From positions 352,001 to 416,000 of the forward strand of contig CAWJYV010000007.1 in the NCBI GenBank assembly GCA_963847185.1: a stretch of 64,000 nt of DNA, written 5' to 3'. Below are positions 42,362-52,271 of this stretch, piece after piece (the stretch's first letter is position 1; every line of letters begins with the position of its first letter). Position numbers and translations under genes: made by a program. The notes beneath the pieces were generated by a model, which saw only the letters and a program-made list of their open reading frames with translations, ran no database searches and was not told where the DNA came from. The stretch is from an uncultured Methanosarcinaceae archaeon. GTDB lineage: Archaea; Halobacteriota; Methanosarcinia; Methanosarcinales; Methanosarcinaceae.

Positions 42362-42651
42362 AATATACCCTCCAATTAGTTTTATTCAGGGAAAATAGGA
42401 TTTTATGAAAATTCGTAGTGGACTCGATCACAATCTTGCCGAGAAATATTAAACCAATTATATCATAAATCGTCTTTTTCGATTTTATCCATATATTCCC
42501 ATTCCCATCTATCTTATTTATCTAAACACATATAAAAATTATCGTATGTAGTTACGTGGAAATGTTATTCCTTCATTTTCAGCTGGAGAACACAGGAGAG
42601 ACTCCTTATCTAAATCCCCCAGCGTTTATTCGATATTTATGGCTTTAAGGA

Positions 42652-42834
42652 TTATTGGGGCGTAGACTCATTTTTAACATTGGTCTGCTGATTCGCAGAT
42701 TGAGCAGGCACAGTCACAGATGCGGCTGAGGTTATACATCCACATTTTCTGCAATAGTAAAATTCATTTGTGCCTATTCGCTGTTTTTTAAGAAGTGTAC
42801 CACATAGGATACACTCCAAAGAGGATTCAGACAT
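42652..42834 (-). CDS. 60-aa zinc-ribbon small protein
   Basis: CILCG...YYCRKCG. Confidence 0.65.
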   Translation of the reverse strand: MSESSLECILCGTLLKKQRIGTNEFYYCRKCGCITSAASVTVPAQSANQQTNVKNESTPQ

Positions 42835-43163
42835 ATTATCGTCACTCTAGGATCATCAATGGATCAAGCCTTGCAGTTTCTTTTCTGGTCCAGTATCCAC
42901 ATACAGGGCAGTACTGAAAATCTCTAAATATATTGTTTTTAAGTTCTGAGTTACAATTTGGACATTTTTTTAATAACATCTGCTACTCTCCTTATTCAAA
43001 AAAGATATGTAATAATAGTTCCGATGTTCTTGCAAAATATATTGAATGAGGTGGTTCAGCCGTTATGAATTTTTCAATAGTCCATAGAAATCCTGTTCAT
43101 TGTTCGGCTGAGCCAGATGACGGGGTACAATTTGATATTTAGTAAGTACAACACAATTCAGAT

Positions 43164-43224
43164 GTAGATTTAGGTTGTAGATTTAGGTTGCAGATTTAGG
43201 TTGTGTAGATTTAGGTTGTAGATT
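43164..43224 (+). repeat. 13-bp tandem repeat (GTAGATTTAGGTT), about 4.5 copies
   Basis: Read directly; one copy has T>C and one junction has an extra GT. Confidence 0.9.
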
Positions 43225-43379
43225 CTTGTTTAGTATTTATCTTATATTGGTATTTATCTGCAGTTATCTGGAAAAAGGATGGGAAGATGTATTTTAATAT
43301 CATCTCCTTTCTAACTTCCCATCTCTTTTCCTTATTAATTTCCCATCTCACTTTATCAAGCCTTCGAATCTTTCAAAGC

Positions 43380-44306
43380 TTAAGCTTCAGTGCTGTTATC
43401 TGTACTGATTTCTGGCATTTTTCCAGGGCCAATAGGACAGTCACAACCACCATGCATTGGGCCGGGATTCATTTCAGGCATTCCCTGTGAAGAATACATT
43501 ATTTCTTTAAGATCTCCAAGGGATTCAGCTGCGTTGATATCATCTATCAGAGCGGTAAGTTCCGTGATTCTGCCGTTGAGTTCTGTGACATTTTCATTGG
43601 TATCATCGGTTGCGTTTTCACTCTCACTTACTTTAGCTTCAATATGTTCAATCTCCTTTTCAATTGAACCAACAGCCTGAGTCTGCATGTAGGTTAATAC
43701 GACTTCTTGCAACTCTGTTGCACTGGAAGCTTCACTCACGCTTGTGGATAAGCCTTCAAGCTCAGTTATCTGTTCATTGAGCATTTCAGTCATGTTTTCA
43801 TCAGTTGTGTTTTCCAGCTGCGTGTTAAGCATTTCAGTCATATTTCCTATGGACCCAAATATTTCTGTCTGGACATCAGTGTAATTGTCATCAGTTACGT
43901 TTTCGAGCTGATCAAGGTTAAATAATCCAGGCATTCCACAGGGTCCCTGGTTCATTCTCTCGGGACCTTTCATACCATCCGGTCCGCATCCATATGCTGG
44001 TGCCTGACTGGCCAGGACTTCCTGAAGTTCGGATGCATCGGTTGCTTCACTTACATTAGTATAGAAACTTTGAAGCTCACTAATCTGTTCAGTGATAGAA
44101 TCAAGTATATCTGCCTGAACATCAGTGAAATTTTCTTCTGTTATGTTCTGTGGAGGAGCGAATTTTAGATTGTTTTCTGCTGCAAAAGCTCCTGAAGGAA
44201 TAATACATAATATCATTAGCACCGTTGCAAAACGGGAAATTAAATTTAATATTTTTTTCGCTTTCATGTTATCTTTCATATTATCTTCCATTTTTGACTT
44301 ACTCAT
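43380..44306 (-). CDS. Secreted acidic helical-repeat protein, function unknown
   Basis: Signal peptide (..PSGAFA); three ITEL...SEA...ELQEV-like repeats; many NxT sequons. Confidence 0.78.
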   Translation of the reverse strand: MSKSKMEDNMKDNMKAKKILNLISRFATVLMILCIIPSGAFAAENNLKFAPPQNITEENFTDVQADILDSITEQISELQSFYTNVSEATDASELQEVLASQAPAYGCGPDGMKGPERMNQGPCGMPGLFNLDQLENVTDDNYTDVQTEIFGSIGNMTEMLNTQLENTTDENMTEMLNEQITELEGLSTSVSEASSATELQEVVLTYMQTQAVGSIEKEIEHIEAKVSESENATDDTNENVTELNGRITELTALIDDINAAESLGDLKEIMYSSQGMPEMNPGPMHGGCDCPIGPGKMPEISTDNSTEA

Positions 44307-44691
44307 TGTCCGTTATTTTTGACTTATTCATTGTCCGTTTTTCTTGCAGGCTATCGACCTGCTGACAACCCTGAAATTAGCCGGCTTAAATATAAGCTTA
44401 CTTTCCGTATAAAGAGGTTTAAAGGTTATTAATTGCAAAAAGAAGCTTTATTATCTATTTAAATAGTGAAAAATCCTTAAAAAGCAAGTTTAATACTTAT
44501 TGGACTCCTTAATAACCGTATCCATGAAGTAAAAAAGCTATTGATTATTTCATGAGCCTTCAGAGAGCGGATATTCTAAGTTTCTTTGGCCACTAAACTT
44601 GTGTTAGAAGTACCTGTCCCCGTGCGATACTCCATCTGAACCACCCTTAAAAAGTTATAAAAATCTGCCGACTTCAGCGAGCAGGCGTCAA

Positions 44692-45491
44692 TTATTCAAG
44701 AACACGTCCGTTATTGGGTTTCAAAATAACAATACCTTTTATCATGACTGCCGGGAACATTTCGAGCATGGGAAGCTCTGCCAGTGCCTTGATTATGTGC
44801 CACTGTCCTGGGTTTTGCTCCCAGCTCAACTGTGTCCATTTAACAGTACCAATGCCTGTCCAGGCACTGTTAATCTCGGCACCCTGCGGATATAAGATGG
44901 GCTGGCTCAAATCCGCTCCCGGGCAGCCTACTGTTGGGATATAACGCCATCCAAGGGCATTCATAGTTGCTGCAGAGGTCTTCATCTCAGCCAGTATTTG
45001 CCCGTCTACAGGCTTTGCCCCCAGCACTTCCAGGCGCAGAAATGTGTTTCCTTCATAGCTAGCGTTGGTGTAGTAATTTGGCTGGATAATGTGCAGATCC
45101 TCTATATCGGCATGGATTTCTGGTATGCCGGTCTCCTCTCTTTCTCCAAGGATCGGCCAGGTTTTATTCTCCCAGACCACCAGAATAAACTGCCCTTCCA
45201 GTTGGTCGCGTTTACCATTGAAACGGGCCGGTACACTAACTGGATAAGATTATAAGCTCCCCCTGCCATCCAGTCGATCTCTCTAAACTGACTGTAGGAG
45301 ATATTCAGTTCCGGTCGTATCAGCTCAAAACCTTCAGGTACATAGCTGGCAAGTTTGTCTCCATCTGTGGTATACATGAAGGATACAGTAACTGCATCTC
45401 GATAGTACAGTGCTGCTTCAGGACCAGGATAATCAAAACCACCAAAATGAGCCGGCATTCTGTAACATTTATTCTCCTCAAATCGGAACAA
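44692..45491 (-). pseudogene. Acetoacetate decarboxylase family protein, frameshifted
   Basis: YRMPAHFG N-terminus; one base missing near 45240 (restoring it gives QVSVPARFNGKRDQLEGQFILVVWENKTWPILG); the G-RE..G.PK motif reads ERE-ETGIPE. Confidence 0.8.
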
Positions 45492-45765
45492 GGTCAACCC
45501 CCCCAAGTGTTCGGATTATAATACAAGATTCATGATATATGGTATCTATGATATGCAGTACATAATATTCAAATTATTTTGAAATCACCTATAGCATTAA
45601 GAATAACTGGATACCGCGGTTATGCAAATCCCCTCGATTTCTCTCTGTATACCTGAGGGGTATGGGAGACTGGAAGTACGCATGATCTCGATAGAGGAAA
45701 CAGACGTTCCGGTAAGATCTTCACTGCTTACTTTGGTAGTGGAGCTTTGGTAGTGGAGCGGAGGT

Positions 45766-46236
45766 ATGGTAAGGCTGAGCGCGATTAATTCATATATCCA
45801 CAAACAGGCCCTGTTGGCTGCCCTGATTAATATGGCAGTAAATCCTCTCTTAGCATTCCTCCTTAATCATAATGTGGACAGCGTTGCTTTATCTGGTATT
45901 GTGATTGATACAATAATTACCTCAATCTTAATGACCTGGCTTGTGACGATCTTCTCGGCAGCTGATGTGAATCGCCAGCTTCGCGCCGGTCATTTTAAAG
46001 ATGAAGATTTGCCCCATCCGGGGTCGATATTATCTCGATTTCCTAAGAGAGGAGTATTAATGGGTATGGTATTGTTTGTCTGTACGGCATTGGTCATGGT
46101 GACTGTAACCTTTTCCATATTCTCTCTATTCGGCATTACAGAGCTTTCCGTGGGCAAATTGGCGTTGTTCAAAGTGGTTTATACCGGCCCTGTTGCATAT
46201 GTCATAGCCCGTCTGGCAATTATTCGCCAGCTATAG
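45766..46236 (+). CDS. Hypothetical membrane protein, 4 TM
   Basis: GGAGGT RBS next to ATG; four hydrophobic segments. Confidence 0.7.
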   Translation: MVRLSAINSYIHKQALLAALINMAVNPLLAFLLNHNVDSVALSGIVIDTIITSILMTWLVTIFSAADVNRQLRAGHFKDEDLPHPGSILSRFPKRGVLMGMVLFVCTALVMVTVTFSIFSLFGITELSVGKLALFKVVYTGPVAYVIARLAIIRQL

Positions 46237-46445
46237 TTTTACTGGGCAGTATATAACAGAAATTAGTATTTTACGAAACAATCCTTATTCTGAGTACATC
46301 CTGATGTGTACCTGAGGGGAGAACAAAGAAAGCCTTATTGATAAATCAATGGTTATACTAAAGCGAGTTGGCAAATCCTTGTTAGTTCTTTAATCAGGAA
46401 AAAACGAAATCAATTAAATCATATCTGCGTAAAGAAGAAGGGGGA

Positions 46446-47284
46446 GTGAAAATAGGGGTTGATGAGTATTTTAAGGATAAATGTTGCCTGGTAACAGGTG
46501 CGAATTCTGGAATCGGTTATGCGATAAGTAAAGCTCTATTGGAGAAGGGGGCTATAGTATTCATGGCTGGTCGAAACACAGAAAGCCTGACCTCAGCGGC
46601 TAAGAATCTTGACATGTATGCCGGACAGATTCGTATTCTGCTTGTTGACGTGACAAAACAGTCAGAAGTGGAAAAGGCCGTTCAGGAAACGGTCACCCAG
46701 GAAGGCAGAATTGATTTTTTATTTAATAATGCGGGAATCGGGGGCACGATGCCTACTGTAGACTCTACGCTTGAGCACTGGCGGTCTATCATTGATGTCA
46801 ATCTCTGGAGTGTAATATATGGTATTGACGCTGCGCTGCCAATTATGCTTCGCCAGGGCGGGGGCACATCGTTAATACAGCTTCCATTGCAGGATTGATT
46901 CCGTTTCCTTTCCAGGCTCTCTATTGCGCCACCAAGTACGCGGTGGTTGGATTGAGTGAAAGCATGCGGTATGAGTTTGCAGAAGAAGGCATTCACTTCT
47001 CCGTGACATGTCCTAGTGCTGTTGTTTCACGCATCTGGAAAAAGCCGATACTGGGTCCGGTTCATGAAGAGGTAAAAGCTCCTGAAGATGCGATTCCGGC
47101 GGAAGAAGCTGCAAAGATAATCCTTGAGGGCGTTGCAGATAAAAAAGGGATAATAGTGGTGCCAGAACAGCCGGGCAGCTGGCTCTGGGGTGAATACTGT
47201 AAATCTTCTGAAGCCGCAGAGAGTTTCCTGTTAAACATGGCTCATGATCGACGGATAGAATGGTCAAAAATGCAAAAGGTGTGA
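46446..47284 (+). pseudogene. SDR family oxidoreductase, frameshifted in a G run
   Basis: TGANSGIG and NNAGI in the first frame; one extra G at 46860-46865 would give GGGHIVNTASIAGLIPFPFQALYCATK (YxxxK). Confidence 0.85.
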
Positions 47285-47414
47285 AGGAACAGAAGCAGCG
47301 TGGAAGACTGTACCAACCCAATGAGAACAATTTGTTTTCTGGGTATTGACGTGGTTGTTAAGATCGCAAATTTTTTGGGGTTCCATTTAATATTCTCAAA
47401 AGTGATTTGGACTA

Positions 47415-47440
47415 ACTTTCAGTTTATTAACTGAAAGTTT
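47415..47440. terminator. Perfect hairpin between convergent genes
   Basis: AACTTTCAGTT-TATT-AACTGAAAGTT. Confidence 0.55.
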
Positions 47441-47456
47441 CCTAATCAGACTCTCC

Positions 47457-48353
47457 TTATTCACAATTTACGATTTTATTATCGTGGATATTTACATTAG
47501 TTTCTGTTGTATTCACGTGTGCTATTGCAGGAGCATCTAAATCATGGAAGTAGTTTCCGTAAACTTCTATATTTTTAACAGCTCCTTCTAATTCCAGGCC
47601 TGCATATCCACCACCAGACGTAGTACATTCGTTGTTTGCGAATATTCCACTGGTAACAGTATAGAATCTACAGGATGAATTTGTACGGTTAATGAATTTA
47701 CAATTCTTAACTGTAATATCCTTTACATTATAGGCATATACACCATCATGTCCACATTTGTTTACTGTTACTTTATCAATCACTATGTTACAGGATTTTG
47801 AGATAAGCATGGCATCGTTACATCCATTCTTGAATGTAACATTCTGAATTGTTAGCCCGTTAACGCCTATCAAAGTTGCCATGTTATAGCAGGAAGTTCC
47901 AAGCTCAACACCAGAATAATAATCACTTTGACTACCATCCACAGTTATGTTTTCTATTGTAACGTTTGTTGCGGAATTGTCTTTAATCATAAGCATGGCT
48001 TTCTCGTTCGCAATGCTGCTATCACTTCCACCCCATATTGATAATTCTGAGGCAAGCTTAATTATTGCAGTGCTGTCCCCTGTAAGAGTCACTCCGCTCT
48101 GAAGCAGAATAGGGTCAGCTATATAATATGTGAATGAACCTTTTAAGTAAACTGTTGAGATGGAGTTTGCTGCTGCATATTCAAGCGCCTGGTTAATCTG
48201 GATCTGGTCGCTGGAGCCATCGCAATTATATTCTCCGCTTCCATCTCCGGCAACGGTTACTATCTCTGTACTCTCAGAGCCTAATACCGTTGGTAAGGTA
48301 GTTAAAATAAGGCATGTTACCAGGAATAGGGTTCCTAGATGTTTTTTTAGCAT
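47457..48353 (-). CDS. Secreted right-handed beta-helix (disaggregatase-related) protein
   Basis: Signal peptide; VTVAGDGSGEYNCDGSSDQIQINQAL, TVYLKG, LTGDSTA; beta-helix repeats. Confidence 0.85.
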   Translation of the reverse strand: MLKKHLGTLFLVTCLILTTLPTVLGSESTEIVTVAGDGSGEYNCDGSSDQIQINQALEYAAANSISTVYLKGSFTYYIADPILLQSGVTLTGDSTAIIKLASELSIWGGSDSSIANEKAMLMIKDNSATNVTIENITVDGSQSDYYSGVELGTSCYNMATLIGVNGLTIQNVTFKNGCNDAMLISKSCNIVIDKVTVNKCGHDGVYAYNVKDITVKNCKFINRTNSSCRFYTVTSGIFANNECTTSGGGYAGLELEGAVKNIEVYGNYFHDLDAPAIAHVNTTETNVNIHDNKIVNCE

Positions 48354-48990
48354 AGTATCTCCTTTGGGCTGGATCTTTATAACGATTTAAAAATTGTAAC
48401 ATAAGGGGATTGTTATACTTTTTGGAAAAGTATATTCGTACTAATTATTCCATCTGACTTTTGTACAGCCTCTTAATTTCAGACAAATAAATAAAGATAC
48501 TTTAAACATATCCGTCAAAAAATAGGGTTATTTTATATTTAAGGGGTCATTAAAGCTTTAAACTATGAATAATCCTTAATAGGTGACTTTAAATCTTAAT
48601 ACGATTTCCTTAAAGCTTTATTTTTTTCCAAATCTTTACAATAAATGGAGAGGAAAGTGGATAATGTAGAAAAAAAGCTTGTCAGCTAGTTGAGAATAAG
48701 TAAAAAAAGTCGGCTCCACATATAATCATCATATTAACTGGTTTGAAGGGAAAATTGCTCAAGAAAAAAGAAAATAATTGGAAGAAAAAAATTCATGCAA
48801 TGGATAAATGGGTAAGTCCTGGCTATACTTCATTTCAGCTTTCCAGCTCTTTCCTCTTCAAATTAGCTAATATTTGTCAAGTTGAGTAAATAGACTCAGT
48901 ACCAAAATTCAGTGATGAACGTAAAATCGAAAATCACTAGATTTTGGAACTTAGCCATGAAAATAAAGAGATAACTCATCTCTTATTGCA

Positions 48991-49512
48991 TTATTTACGT
49001 TTGTTCAATGTATCGAGATTTAGCTTCTTGGAATATCGAGATTTAGCTTCCTGGAGTACAGTAATTGCGGTTTCTAAATTTTTCCAACCAATAACCTTCA
49101 CTTTTTTGTCTTCTAAGTTTTTATAAGTTTCAAAGAAGTGAGTGATTTCCTTAAATAGATGAGGTGGAACCTGGTCAACGGTCTCAATATAATTCCACAT
49201 AGGATCATTCTTTGGAACGCAAAGGATTTTTTGATCTCTTCCTTTATCATCTTCCATGTCAAATAGTGCAACAAGATGTACATCCATTCCACAGCTTGGA
49301 AATGTAGGTTCCCATGTTAAGACCATAGCATCCAAAGGGTCACCATCAAGAGCTAGGGTCTCGGGGAAAAAACCATAATCAGAAGGATATACCATTGAAG
49401 AAGAGAGCATTCTGTCGAATTTAATCATTTTCTTTTCTTTATCGTATTCGTATTTATTTCGGCTCCCTTTTGGAATTTCAATAATTACACTTTCGACTTG
49501 TCTTTCAGTCAT
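48991..49512 (-). CDS. ppa: Family I inorganic pyrophosphatase
   Basis: IEIPKGSRNKYEYD, YPSDYGF, DGDPLD, D..KIL, HFFETYKNLE. Confidence 0.93.
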   Translation of the reverse strand: MTERQVESVIIEIPKGSRNKYEYDKEKKMIKFDRMLSSSMVYPSDYGFFPETLALDGDPLDAMVLTWEPTFPSCGMDVHLVALFDMEDDKGRDQKILCVPKNDPMWNYIETVDQVPPHLFKEITHFFETYKNLEDKKVKVIGWKNLETAITVLQEAKSRYSKKLNLDTLNKRK

Positions 49513-49889
49513 ATTAATACTTCCTAGTTATTTTTACTTATTACCTAATTGCCTTGTAACGATTGCAACTATCAGGTGTTCTGACAGGGTTCTGATATTA
49601 GAACATAACCCCATATGTTAAATTTTCTTAAATCCGAAACTTCAGGACATGAAGTGCAGACCATCTGACCTCTTCATCTGTAGTACATGCTTATACGCTT
49701 CAACAACCCACCCCTTCAATTTTTAATATCTTCCCCATTTCTTAATGCTGTTGCATTATATCTGTCTATGTCTTTATCCTCTTATATATTGATAGATTCC
49801 CAATACCTATCTTTTCTTGTTGTTATTTTAAAACTCTGCATAGCTGGTCGATTGTTAAGCATCTTATTTGCTTTTTTACTGTTTAGGTT

Positions 49890-49967
49890 GCTCGTTAGGT
49901 CGTACTTATATTAAGTCACACGATCCCAAGGCGTACTGTGAAGATCCTGAGTTCTAATCTCAGTAGG
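49890..49967 (+). repeat. Degenerate tRNA-Val-like segment (att-like scar or pseudo-tRNA)
   Basis: 18/19 match to the tRNA-Val T-arm at 49945-49963; TCACACG anticodon-loop match at 49916-49922; weak GCTCGT..GGTC match at 49890. Confidence 0.55.
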
Positions 49968-51425
49968 TTAATTTTTTATTTGTTTTTACCTTTCAATCTG
50001 GGATGAATAGATCTTTTCCAGCTGTTCAACTTTTTCTTCAAGATCACATTTTAAGATGTTTCATAGGTTTATTATATTTTCTAAAAGATATATTCATTAT
50101 TAAAAAATAAAAAATATTGATGTAAATAGTAAATTCAAGACCCCTTCATTTCCGATGGAACTACTGTAATTTGGCTTTCTTCAATATATTCAATATACCC
50201 TATTTATTTTTGTAGAAATATTTTAACCACTATTTTTTCGGGCCGATAACATAATCGCATTCCGCCTACTATTTTCGCGCTAGCCTGGATCTGGTTTTTC
50301 TCTCAATTGAGAATGCTACAGGATCTTAAATCATCCAAATAACATGGCATTTAATATTGGCATGACAGCATTAGTGCTGTTTATCAACTTTTGAAGTAAA
50401 GTACTCTTATTGAAGTTTTATTGAAGTAGCTTTGTTAGTCTGTAGTAATTTATTTATACTATTAAGTAAGAAATAGATTACTTACTTCTTACAATAAATA
50501 CTATACTGGATTATCCTATAAAAACAGAGAGATAATAGGAAAATGAGATAAAGCTCTAAAGCTATTTTATATTTTTTTATTAGTAGGATTGTAAGAAATA
50601 AGCTATGACTTATGCAAAAGTAAGGCACTACAAATTAAAATAGAAGAAATAGAAGGTGAAAGACAAAATAAAGAAGAGAGGATGAGAGCCGCTTATCTGT
50701 GCAAAAAGATATATTACTCAAAGAACTGAAGACCTGTCAATAAACAACTTTAGTAACCTCCCAAAAATGTACTACATATTTCAATAGGATTTGCGCACTT
50801 GATGAGAATAAATAAACAACAAGTGGCTGTCAGGAATATGATACAAATCGTTTGAGTTTTGTGCTATTATTTCTCGTTCAATAGCGTAGGTCCTATTTTG
50901 TTGAAATCTGGTAGTAAATATTTAACCGTTCTTTCATATTTGATCGAGCAATTCAACAATTTGACTGTGACCAATTACTTCTATAATTTACCTATGTCTT
51001 CCCATCCCTTTGATTCTTATTCTCTCAATCTGTTTTCTTGATATGGTACCACTCTTTTTCACATTTTCATTATATAATTTTCTCTAAAGTTGTTTTAATT
51101 TGTGAACTTCAATTATTCAAGGTCTGAATTCCTAAATTTCAGTCATCGTTGAGGACAATCTCAAAGCTAAGGGTAATTGAAGCAGTCTTTATAAAAATAT
51201 ATGACAAACGGATAGAAAAAAGTTAAAGTCAGAGTATGAAATTTACCTTCTAATAAACAGATTTTGTTCTTTTTCAGGCTTTTTGTATCATTTTACACAG
51301 CGCAACATGAGCTGAAAATTCTGAGAACTATCTAAAAAACCGTGGTACTGTAAGATAAATATTTATAATACGTTCCAGGTATTTTATGTCAATTAATATT
51401 ATAAAACATAATAGTGGGGAAAAAT

Positions 51426-51833
51426 ATGAAAATTAGAGTAGTTAGTTCCAGAGAAGAAATCATCACGCTGAATCCAAATGAAAAAATAGTGCATCTGGCC
51501 TTCAGGCCTGCAAACAAAGATATCTTTACACTGGTTGAAACCTGCCCTAAAATTGAGGTAATCCAGGTACCTCAGTCTTACAAACGCACGATCTCAAAAT
51601 CCATGGTAATGTTCCTTGGAATGCAAAGAATCCAGCTTATAGAGGGAGATGTCTGGGGTCACAGGAAGGATATAAACGAATACTACCGTATTCCCAGCTC
51701 AGTAATTGATAAAATAAAGGACTTAAAGATTGAAGGGAAATCCACTGAGGATATTGAAGCAAAGGTTTCAAGGGAAAGCAAGCTTAACCCTGAAATGATC
51801 GCTTACATCCTGACAAAAGAGGTTTCTGCCTGA
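51426..51833 (+). CDS. DUF1699 family protein
   Basis: MKIRVVSSREEI..LNPNE..VHLAFRP, EGDVWGHRKDINEYY. Confidence 0.9.
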   Translation: MKIRVVSSREEIITLNPNEKIVHLAFRPANKDIFTLVETCPKIEVIQVPQSYKRTISKSMVMFLGMQRIQLIEGDVWGHRKDINEYYRIPSSVIDKIKDLKIEGKSTEDIEAKVSRESKLNPEMIAYILTKEVSA

Positions 51834-52271
51834 ATTCAGGCATGACAAATTCTGCCTTTAAGGCTCTTACCGGAGATTAGAGATTAGAAAGATGCCGAAC
51901 CTTTCTAAAATCCATTTTTGTGGATTAATCTCCGGTTTAAATTTTCAATTTATCCTGAAATTTCTTACCTGAGGCTCAACCCGATTTCTCCAGGGCGATT
52001 TTATTTTTAAATCTCGGAAACTTCAATTTTTTCTATTGGAATCAATATAATCTCTGAGCTTGCCCAAAATCAGCTGCTTGAAAAGGTTATATCTTCGGGC
52101 TGTAGATTTTTAATTTTTCCAGTAGTTTTAAATTCTTGTCTCTAATCTTCCTGTTTTCATACAGATATAGTATTTTGATATCGATCTACTGATCTACTAT
52201 TTTGATGTAGATCTACTTCAGGAATTTAGAAGTAAAAAGGATAAAGCTCTTATGAGTTTGATATTATTGGA

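Larger units (their letters stand above)
34771..49963. mobile_element. Decayed genomic island anchored at tRNA-Val (about 15 kb, no integrase visible)
   Basis: tRNA segment TCCTGAGTTCGAATCTCAG (34771-34789) recurs as TCCTGAGTTCTAATCTCAG (49945-49963); interior is AT-rich, gene-sparse and full of pseudogenes. Confidence 0.55.

Noticed and set aside
23513-43224. Short repeat arrays (17 bp at 23513, 28 bp at 32635, 13 bp at 43164) as possible CRISPR arrays
   Set aside because: Units are head-to-tail with no unique spacers, and there are no cas genes.
46234-46300. Pyrrolysine read-through of TAG stops at 46234, 56084 and 63895
   Set aside because: Read-through adds only short, non-conserved-looking tails before TAA/TGA; no domain is completed.
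49560-51400. Integrase or transposase remnant near the right island boundary; ORFs 49687..49914 and 50859..51041
   Set aside because: No tyrosine-recombinase or DDE motifs found by manual translation; the ORFs look like AT-rich noise.
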